The notes beneath the pieces were generated by a model that had not been told where the DNA came from, did no database searches, and was given only the letters and a program-made list of their open reading frames with translations. Positions 30,624 through 37,629 of a DNA stretch of 64,000 bases are shown piece by piece. How positions within the stretch are numbered: the stretch's first letter is position 1; each line of letters starts with the position of its first letter. Origin of the DNA: Methylophilus rhizosphaerae (GTDB taxonomy: Bacteria; Bacteroidota; Bacteroidia; Chitinophagales; Chitinophagaceae); the NCBI GenBank assembly GCA_943370285.1, contig CALRQJ020000001.1, positions 98,276 through 162,275 of the forward strand, in the 5' to 3' direction. A program made the translations under genes and the position numbers.

Positions 30624-32309
30624 CACTCCCAAAAGCAATTTTGGAACAAGGATTGGCCTATAGTATAATGGTAGTACGACAGATTTTGGTTCTGTTTGTC
30701 TTGGTTCGAATCCAGGTAGGCCAACACTACTACCAAAAAGACAACTTTTAAAAAGGTTGTCTTTTTGTTTTTCAGCCGAAACCATTGATTCTACTGCTAT
30801 TTCTTTAAAAATGGAATTGACTTTGGCGGTTCGAACTACCCCATTTTCTTTATCGTATAGCATACCTTCAGGAAATACCAGATATTGTAATCGCTGCTTG
30901 TCAAAAAAATCAGCTAAAACCCACATCTGACATATGTTTTCAGCGATTTCCAAGCCTTTACTTATGCTTTTTTTAAGGTTCGAACTCAAATTTTCATTTT
31001 GTGAATTTTCTTGCAGCATTTCATCGATTTGAGCTTGATACTTTTTTGTGAATTTGGCATATTGTTCTGCTGTAATTTCATTCAAGACAAATCTTTCTTC
31101 TAATGCATGAAGGGTATTTTGGAGTTCCCCAATACGTTTATTATTTGCTTTTTTATCTACAGGATTTTGTTCTAAAAGGGTTGATAGCTTAGCCTCCAGT
31201 TTTCTTTTTATAGTATCTTTTTGGGTATTATCATATTCAAAGTTGGAAAGAATAGCTAAAAATTGGCTATTCAATTTTTTAGCATTGATATTTACTTTAG
31301 AACCTTTGTCTCTTGACTTGTAATAGTATATCTTTTTCTTCTTGTTGTAATAACCTGTAAATGGACTTTTATTTACCAAATCCTTCATAAAGACTTTCAG
31401 TGCTAATTCATCTTGATTATTCATTTTAGCAATCCCACTTCGAGGATTTTGGCTTCCAATATTATTGGCTTGTAAAAAAGTCTTCTCATCAATCAAAGGA
31501 GGATGCATTCCGATATTGACTTCATCGGGCAAAATGGAGGCAACTACATACCCGCAGTAAAATGGATTTGCTAATATCCAAGCTATGTTACGCAGAGAAA
31601 CTTTAAGCCCTTTTGTCGCCAGTTTCTCAATGATTTGCTGATTAGACATCTTACCGGATGCTTTCCATTGGAACGCCTTTTTGATTAACAACCCCTTCTC
31701 ATTAATCACATAGACGTGTTTGTCTGCTGTGGAGTGCTTGTTTTGATTATCATATCCAAGTGGTGTGCTATACGGCCAAAATCCCTTTCTAAGCATTGAT
31801 TTTGTGCCCGATATACTCTTATCCCTTCGCATATCATTATCCAACTTACTGATTAACATGTAAAGGTTTTCTTGAAAGTTACCTGTAGGTGTTGATGAAT
31901 CAACTTCCTGCGTAATTGCAACTATACGTACGCCCAATTTGCGCAAGTTTTCTAAGAGAAATATTCCATTAGCTCCAGAACGGGAGAAGCGATCATAACT
32001 GTATACCAATATGCCTGCTACAGTTTTATCTTTTTCAATATCCTTTAGCATCCTCTGAAACTCCCTTCGCTCATCATTCTTTGCTGACTCATAAGTACCA
32101 CCATATTTACTCTTAATAATCAAGTTACTTTTCAAAGCAAATTCATCAATTCTTTCAAATTGCCAAACAAGACTATTACCGTTTATCATTTGATCTTTTG
32201 TTGAAACACGATCATATGAGTAAAATATGTTACTTGTTCTTTGGCTTACAATAGTACTTGTTTTAGATACATGCTTTTTGATGAGTTCTTGAACATTATC
32301 CCGTTTCAT
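30615..32309 (-). CDS. Large serine recombinase (resolvase/invertase N-domain plus recombinase domain plus coiled-coil)
   Basis: Catalytic-serine motif YDRVSTKDQ, resolvase core (ILVYSYDRFSRS) and a recombinase domain (GFWPYSTPLGY). The last ~52 codons are the antisense of the tRNA-Gln terminator and the tRNA itself. Confidence 0.85.
   Translation of the reverse strand: MKRDNVQELIKKHVSKTSTIVSQRTSNIFYSYDRVSTKDQMINGNSLVWQFERIDEFALKSNLIIKSKYGGTYESAKNDERREFQRMLKDIEKDKTVAGILVYSYDRFSRSGANGIFLLENLRKLGVRIVAITQEVDSSTPTGNFQENLYMLISKLDNDMRRDKSISGTKSMLRKGFWPYSTPLGYDNQNKHSTADKHVYVINEKGLLIKKAFQWKASGKMSNQQIIEKLATKGLKVSLRNIAWILANPFYCGYVVASILPDEVNIGMHPPLIDEKTFLQANNIGSQNPRSGIAKMNNQDELALKVFMKDLVNKSPFTGYYNKKKKIYYYKSRDKGSKVNINAKKLNSQFLAILSNFEYDNTQKDTIKRKLEAKLSTLLEQNPVDKKANNKRIGELQNTLHALEERFVLNEITAEQYAKFTKKYQAQIDEMLQENSQNENLSSNLKKSISKGLEIAENICQMWVLADFFDKQRLQYLVFPEGMLYDKENGVVRTAKVNSIFKEIAVESMVSAEKQKDNLFKSCLFGSSVGLPGFEPRQTEPKSVVLPLYYRPILVPKLLLGVQK
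30654..30724 (+). tRNA. tRNA-Gln (anticodon UUG)
   Basis: Cloverleaf folded by hand. Acceptor TGGCCTA/TAGGCCA. D-stem GTAT/GTAC. Anticodon stem ACAGA/TCTGT with loop TTTTGGT. T-arm CTTGG-TTCGAAT-CCAGG. Discriminator A. No encoded CCA. Confidence 0.9.
30735..30772 (+). terminator. Rho-independent terminator after tRNA-Gln
   Basis: AAAAAGACAAC (30735-30745) pairs with GTTGTCTTTTT (30756-30766), followed by GTTTTT. Confidence 0.6.
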
Positions 32310-32463
32310 TTGGTGTTTGATTTAAATTTTCCTGTAATAAAATCGCAATGATGATATCGCAAAACACATCGATTTGTTCTTCGAGTTGTAATTCATCAAT
32401 GTTTTTTTCTACTGTATTAATCGCATTGTTCTTGTCTTTTTTAGTTTTTTTTAATTCAGACAT
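32296..32463 (-). CDS. Unannotated 55-aa ORF overlapping the recombinase start
   Basis: Hand translation gives MSELKKTKKDKNNAINTVEKNIDELQLEEQIDVFCDIIIAILLQENLNQTPNETG. Its stop lies 14 nt inside the recombinase gene. It is below the ORF-track length cutoff. Confidence 0.25.
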   Translation of the reverse strand: MSELKKTKKDKNNAINTVEKNIDELQLEEQIDVFCDIIIAILLQENLNQTPNETG

Positions 32464-32548
32464 TTCAATTAAAGCAAAGTATCGTCATCTCAAATGAAGG
32501 ATACCTGATAATTAATTGTGCCGTCTCAAACGGAAACTAGTATTTATA

Positions 32549-33478
32549 TTAATTTACTTTTTTTATTCGTGTAAAGGATAGAATATTATTATCTCTGGTA
32601 TGTAAATCCACCGATTCATAGTTTTTGAGCCCCAATATTTCTTTTATCTTCTTTGAATCTGCTTCTGATAATATACCCGATTTTTCAGCTTTTATGTCCT
32701 GAATATCTCCTTGTTTACTATTCTTGGTAACGATTATCTTTTTAATATTACTTTTCCTAATCTGACGTATCACTTCTAATTCACTATCGTTGAAAACCCC
32801 TGTCTTACTTAAAAAAGTTTCAGCTTCCTCTTGAACAATGAATTTTTTGATAAAAGAACTAATTGGAAGTAGTATATGCGGAACAGATACGTTAACAATA
32901 TTTTTTGATGTAGCATAGTCATTAGTTGCCAACTCATAAGTGTCAAATTTTCCGTCTTCATAGATAATAATACCTACTTCATGATTATTAATAAAACATC
33001 TTAAAACAAGTTGAAAAAAGTAGGTAATATCTGCATCTGGAACAGACATCCTGATAGGGTCATTTAAAATTGTATTAATTGCTTCTAATAACCTGAATTC
33101 ATCATTATTCAATGGCCGTTGCTTAGCAATAGAAGTGAGTATAGCCGCATTTTCTTGCAAAGTTTTTTTGCCTAATCCGTCTTTATATGCTCTTATAAAC
33201 AAAAATTCATGAAGTGCTTTCATGAGATTAAGCGAACAGCCAAATTTTCTCATTGACTCTAAAGTGCACAGCCATAAGTATTCGACAAATGATAAACTTA
33301 TCCACTTACGTTCATTCACCACCGTATTCAGTAAGCCTGCCATCTTCCAAGCATGAAACGTTTTTATGTCAATCCCTGTTTCCCTCACAGTCATTATTCT
33401 ATCCAATAATTTACCCTGGCTTATAGCTAATTCGATACTGGTAGGGCCACTTAATTCTGATGGTTTTATTAAAATCAT
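32549..33478 (-). CDS. Hypothetical protein with an N-terminal MerR/excisionase-like HTH
   Basis: MTVRETGIDIKTFHAWKMAGLL resembles the MerR-type HTH pattern. The remaining ~260 aa are unrecognised. The start is set at the internal ATG (33478), which leaves an 80-bp divergent promoter region. Confidence 0.5.
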   Translation of the reverse strand: MILIKPSELSGPTSIELAISQGKLLDRIMTVRETGIDIKTFHAWKMAGLLNTVVNERKWISLSFVEYLWLCTLESMRKFGCSLNLMKALHEFLFIRAYKDGLGKKTLQENAAILTSIAKQRPLNNDEFRLLEAINTILNDPIRMSVPDADITYFFQLVLRCFINNHEVGIIIYEDGKFDTYELATNDYATSKNIVNVSVPHILLPISSFIKKFIVQEEAETFLSKTGVFNDSELEVIRQIRKSNIKKIIVTKNSKQGDIQDIKAEKSGILSEADSKKIKEILGLKNYESVDLHTRDNNILSFTRIKKVN

Positions 33479-33558
33479 TTTTAGATTGATTTTTTGATAG
33501 CTATTTTTATTAAATTTGCTATCACAAAGATAATCTATCAATTTCAAAAACAAAGCAA

Positions 33559-33984
33559 ATGAAGAAAAAAATCAAAAAATCAGATGCTAAGGGTTTAATA
33601 GGCCGTGAATTGCGATTCTGCGAATATTGTGGCGACCCTTTACCCTTATTATCTAAAATAACACGGAAACACTGTGAATATAGCGCAGTTAATGGCGTAA
33701 TAAAAGACTGCAAAACCGCAAAGGCAAGACAAAATGACAAAGAGGAAAGAGAATTTTTCCAAAAACTAAAGAGCACCATTAAAGAGATCGACGGCAGAAT
33801 TAGGAAGATGCTGATCGAAAAAGGAAACTTAGTTGACTTACAGGATTTAGAAGCTTATGACATTCACTTAAATAAAGCACTGCATCAAGATTTTAAAACG
33901 GATGGTCAGTTAATCTGTACTTATATCAACTACATTATTCATGGAAACCCGATTACCGAAAAATTTCAAATTAAACCATTATGA
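33559..33984 (+). CDS. Hypothetical Cys-rich (zinc-ribbon-like) protein
   Basis: 141 aa, basic N-terminus, CEYC...C...C cysteine pattern. No recognised family. Confidence 0.4.
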   Translation: MKKKIKKSDAKGLIGRELRFCEYCGDPLPLLSKITRKHCEYSAVNGVIKDCKTAKARQNDKEEREFFQKLKSTIKEIDGRIRKMLIEKGNLVDLQDLEAYDIHLNKALHQDFKTDGQLICTYINYIIHGNPITEKFQIKPL

Positions 33985-34283
33985 CAGAGAACGCTAAATT
34001 ATTGGCAACAATGAAACAACTCAATATGAGCAACCAATACAAGCAGCTTGCGTATGTTTGTATTGGCGTAACACTAACAGTATCATTAACTGCTATCGGC
34101 TTATATTATTACAATATAAATTTGAAAAAGAAATTCAAAGCTAAATCTGAGCGTGTCAGAGAAAGTTTTGCCGATATTACTAATAGTCAATTGGATGAAA
34201 TTTTAAAACTCAAACAGCAAATACGAGATATAAAACAACCAGATCGTGAAAAAACAAAAGATAATTCACCTAATCAAGAATAA
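33981..34283 (+). CDS. Hypothetical single-pass membrane / coiled-coil protein
   Basis: 100 aa. ATGA overlap with the upstream ORF. TM segment LAYVCIGVTLTVSLTAIGLYYY followed by a charged helical tail. Confidence 0.4.
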   Translation: MTENAKLLATMKQLNMSNQYKQLAYVCIGVTLTVSLTAIGLYYYNINLKKKFKAKSERVRESFADITNSQLDEILKLKQQIRDIKQPDREKTKDNSPNQE

Positions 34284-34628
34284 CTGAGCGTAAATATATT
34301 ACTCAGCTTGCTGCTTACAACAAGGGACATTGCTACGCAGTAATGTCTATACTTTAATCTGCCCTTTTTTTTCTAAATAAATTACTGACTAAGACACCAA
34401 AGGTTTTTTGCTCCTATTTCGTCTACTAAAATTGTACCCCAAGCCTAACCTAGTAGGTTTATACATGTCTCTATTTTAAATCATCTTTCAGCTGTAATCT
34501 TATTCCGTATAATTATGATGTATTAAGCTTTGCCTAATTATTTTTAAAAATATCATTTAACCTAGTATTTTAAAACTATCTCTAGTAAAAACTGGAAGAT
34601 GATTGAAATAAAATCGTCTCTAAATGGT

Positions 34629-34702
34629 TCACGTGAAATCTCGTTTAATCTCGTGATATCTCTCTATTTCACGAGAAATCTCCGTAATTCTCGAGAAATC
34701 AC
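34629..34702. repeat. Four iteron-like 14-bp repeats at exact 20-bp phasing
   Basis: TCACGTGAAATCTC (34629), TCTCGTGATATCTC (34649), TCACGAGAAATCTC (34669), TCTCGAGAAATCAC (34689). Consensus TCWCGWGAAATCTC. Confidence 0.8.
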
Positions 34703-35110
34703 GGTAAAAGAGGTAAAAAATTTTTGCTGAGATTCTATGTTTTTCTTGCACTGTCTACACGAATATTCCTCTTCCAAATGATGATTTATCTGTGTCGTAA
34801 TCGCGGATGATACGTTGAGGTATTTATCAATACCAAAAGGGTTTTTCAATTCCATTTGCGACCAGTGAAATAACGGATTGCGTACCAACTGTCGCATACT
34901 GCCCTGATTCCAATAAAAAATTATCGTGGCTGGATATTTTTGGAGAACATCTTTCTAGGGAACAGTTACGAAATGTTGATTAAAATTTACGGTTGAATTA
35001 TTTGTAACTGAAATTTCCACTTTATTTTCAACCTGTGCCAAAACAGTAAATGCAAAGAAATAAAATGACAGAAAAAAGATACTCTTTATGAATTTTATTT
35101 TAATCTTCAT
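34664..35110 (-). pseudogene. Decayed chimeric reading frame: DUF4861-like N-terminus (in-frame TAG) fused to an internal glucuronate isomerase (uxaC) fragment
   Basis: The hand translation MKIKIKFIKSIFFLSFYFFAFTVLAQVENKVEISVTNNSTVNFNQHFVTVP*KDVLQKY... parallels the N-terminus of the DUF4861 gene at 40432..41565. Downstream, RNPLFHWSQMELKNPFGIDKYL...EEYSCRQ matches the conserved UxaC block GNPLYHWTHLELRRPFGI...FSARG. Confidence 0.45.
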
Positions 35111-35116
35111 AATTTA

Positions 35117-36415
35117 TCAGTAATCAATCTTTTTTAATTTAGGAACCAGGAAATGCATAATGGCCCATGCCAGCAAATAAGCTAAACCACAAACAATAAA
35201 CATAATGAAATAGCCCGCATCCTTTTCGCCAATTGATTTGTAGTAATCAAATAATTTACCTGCGCCCCTGGCAAATAATATTCCGCCAATGGCGCCAAAC
35301 ATACCACCAATACCGGTAACAGATGCTGTTGCATTTTTTGGAAACATATCACTTACTGTAGTAAAAATATTTGAACTCCAGGCCTGGTGTGAGCCCATGG
35401 CACAACCTATTACAATAACTGCCAGCCACATGTTAAAGCTGCCTAGGTATTGTGCAAATAAAACCGGAAGAATACTGATGGCAAAAATCAGCATAGCTGT
35501 TTTACGGGCTTTAAAAACCGGCCAGCCTTTTTTAATAAACCACATGGGCAGCCATCCGCCAAATACACTGCCAATAGTGGATAATGTATAAGCCAATGCC
35601 AAAGGCAAAGATTTTGCAGTACCTAATAAACCATATTGTTTTTCTAAAAAATCGGGCAACCAGAAAAGATAAAACCACCAAACAGGGTCGGTTAAAAACT
35701 TACCAACCGCAAATGCCCAGGTTTGTTTATAGGTTAATAATTTGGTCCAGGATATAGTTTTAGTAACACCATGTTCATCTTGTTCATCTTCGGGATCGCT
35801 ATGGATAAAATCTAACTCTGCCTGTGATAATTTTTTATGTTTTTTAGGTACTTCATATAAAACAAACCAGAAAATCAACCAGATAAAACCAACCAAACCG
35901 GTTAAAATAAATGCCCACTTCCATCCCCATAATTCAGCGATAGCAGGTACGGTAAGAGGCGCTATAATGGCTCCAATATTTGCACCCGAATTGAAAATGC
36001 CTGTTGCAAAAGCTCGCTCTTTTTTGGGAAACCATTCTGCAGTTGTTTTAATAGCAGCAGGGAAATTACCCGATTCGGTAAAACCTAAAGCACCACGAGC
36101 AACCAAAAACCCAATTGTATTTGTAACAAAACCATGTGCAATAGCCGCTACACTCCACAAAGCGGTTGCCAACGCATAGCCTATCTTTGTACCAAGTTTA
36201 TCTATCAACCTTCCGGCACCTAAAAAACCAATTGCATAACAAATCTGAAAGGCAATAACAATATTGGCATAATCTGTTTCTGTCCAATTAAACTCCTTGG
36301 TTAGAGGCGACTTTAAAATGGCAATAACCGCCCTGTCGAGATAATTAATAGTGGTTGCAAAGAATACCATTGCGCAAATCGTCCACCTGTATTTTCCTAT
36401 AGCTTGCTGGTTCAT
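35117..36415 (-). CDS. exuT: MFS hexuronate transporter (ExuT-like)
   Basis: 432 aa, 12 TM segments. N-terminus ...YRWTICAMVFFATTINYLDRAVIAI typical of ExuT/ACS-family transporters. Sits in a uronate-catabolic context. Confidence 0.7.
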   Translation of the reverse strand: MNQQAIGKYRWTICAMVFFATTINYLDRAVIAILKSPLTKEFNWTETDYANIVIAFQICYAIGFLGAGRLIDKLGTKIGYALATALWSVAAIAHGFVTNTIGFLVARGALGFTESGNFPAAIKTTAEWFPKKERAFATGIFNSGANIGAIIAPLTVPAIAELWGWKWAFILTGLVGFIWLIFWFVLYEVPKKHKKLSQAELDFIHSDPEDEQDEHGVTKTISWTKLLTYKQTWAFAVGKFLTDPVWWFYLFWLPDFLEKQYGLLGTAKSLPLALAYTLSTIGSVFGGWLPMWFIKKGWPVFKARKTAMLIFAISILPVLFAQYLGSFNMWLAVIVIGCAMGSHQAWSSNIFTTVSDMFPKNATASVTGIGGMFGAIGGILFARGAGKLFDYYKSIGEKDAGYFIMFIVCGLAYLLAWAIMHFLVPKLKKIDY

Positions 36416-36421
36416 GTGGCT

Positions 36422-37087
36422 TTATTTTTTTATGGTTTTAATTATTTCCAACACTTTTATTGTTTCTGATTCTATTGTTGCAAAATCCCTGGCTTCCATT
36501 AATTTTTTACTGATGAGTTTGCTGCCCATACCTACTGCACAAACCCCGGCTTTAAACCAACCTTCAATATTTTCCCTGGTGGTATCTACGCCACCAGTTG
36601 GCATAAACAACAGTTTTGGAAAGATGTCCTTGATGCCACTCAAAAATTCGGGGCCAAGCATATTTCCAGGAAAAAGTTTTATGAATTTTACACCTGCATT
36701 TTCGGCAGCAATGATCTCAGATGGTGTCATACAACCCGGTGCATAAAAAATATCTTTGCCTACTGCATAGTCTGCTACTTCTTTCACGAACCCGGGACTC
36801 ACTAAGAAATCGGCACCTGCCAGCATATAATCTTCTGCCTGCTGCATGTTTTTTATTGTACCGACTCCAAGTAATAGGCCTGGCATTTCTTCATTTCTTA
36901 AAGCAACCATTTTTGTAAAATTCTTTAAAGCAGCTTCGCCCCTGTTGGTGTATTCAACCGCTTTTACACCAGCTTTATAAATAGCTTTTAAAACATCCAG
37001 GCTTATCGCTTCATCGGCATTAAAATATAATGGAAGCATTCCCTGCGCTATGATCGTATCTGATATTTGTTGTGTCTTACTCATCAA
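36422..37087 (-). CDS. eda: KDPG / 4-hydroxy-2-oxoglutarate aldolase
   Basis: 221 aa aldolase with FKLFPG and the PTGGV motif. Adjacent to kdgK. Confidence 0.8.
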   Translation of the reverse strand: MMSKTQQISDTIIAQGMLPLYFNADEAISLDVLKAIYKAGVKAVEYTNRGEAALKNFTKMVALRNEEMPGLLLGVGTIKNMQQAEDYMLAGADFLVSPGFVKEVADYAVGKDIFYAPGCMTPSEIIAAENAGVKFIKLFPGNMLGPEFLSGIKDIFPKLLFMPTGGVDTTRENIEGWFKAGVCAVGMGSKLISKKLMEARDFATIESETIKVLEIIKTIKK

Positions 37088-37088
37088 T

Positions 37089-37538
37089 TTATATTTTTAC
37101 TTTTATCACTAATTTTTTTATTTCCGCATCCCCAATCATTGGCGCATGAACATCTTCGGGAAAGAAAATGGCAAACTGGCCATCGGTTAATTGAAAATAC
37201 ATATCGGGTTGTTCATTGTATAGCTGAACATCTTTATCAGGATTATAACCGCCATTTTCTGTCAGGCATTTTTCTCTTGGCTTCCAGCCAAAGGTTTCAA
37301 GGCCGTTAATGCAAAGCTGAATGTCAATATGATTATTGTGACATTCAAATTTGGAAACAGATGCTTCTGCAGTCATTCCGGTTTTGTGTGAAAAGATGGC
37401 TTTTAATCCTTCTGATATATCTGATTTCCCATCGGGTTCATTTGCAATATCTGTTGCATTGATGAATTCAAATGCTTTTGCAAACAATGGATGAACAGAG
37501 AAATATTTTGGTGCGTTTTGAATGGTATCTACAATCAT
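37089..37538 (-). CDS. YhcH/YjgK/YiaL family (DUF386) protein
   Basis: 149 aa cupin-like protein with the typical start MIVDTIQNA..Y and a FECHNNHIDIQ motif. Confidence 0.7.
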   Translation of the reverse strand: MIVDTIQNAPKYFSVHPLFAKAFEFINATDIANEPDGKSDISEGLKAIFSHKTGMTAEASVSKFECHNNHIDIQLCINGLETFGWKPREKCLTENGGYNPDKDVQLYNEQPDMYFQLTDGQFAIFFPEDVHAPMIGDAEIKKLVIKVKI

Positions 37539-37629
37539 AAATCGTTACTTGGTGAATAGAATTATTACAGTACAAGAGTGCGACGTTAATGAAACTACAT
37601 AACAGCAATAAAGCCTGGTTCAAAAAAAA

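Larger units (their letters stand above)
30766..34745. mobile_element. Putative ~4 kb integrative element inserted downstream of tRNA-Gln (the boundaries are a hypothesis)
   Basis: A serine recombinase sits at one end and a phased repeat array near the other. The region is visibly AT-rich, has uncharacterised cargo, carries TGTTTTTC at both proposed ends, and is flanked on the right by decayed host gene fragments. Confidence 0.5.

Noticed and set aside
30533-30736. 67-aa minus-strand ORF overlapping tRNA-Gln and its promoter
   Set aside because: It is an artefact of translating the antisense of a tRNA gene and its flanks.
33522-33779. 85-aa minus-strand ORF overlapping 33559..33984
   Set aside because: It is antisense to the longer plus-strand ORF and would remove the divergent promoter region. 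It is low-complexity.
34629-34702. Considered whether the phased repeats are a small CRISPR array
   Set aside because: The repeat unit is only 14 bp with 6-bp gaps, so there are no spacer-length unique segments. There are only four copies and no cas genes in the window.
35742-36179. 145-aa plus-strand ORF (also 35289..35591 and 36351..36746) opposite the ExuT-like transporter and eda
   Set aside because: These are antisense shadows of strongly supported CDSs, with no recognisable motifs.
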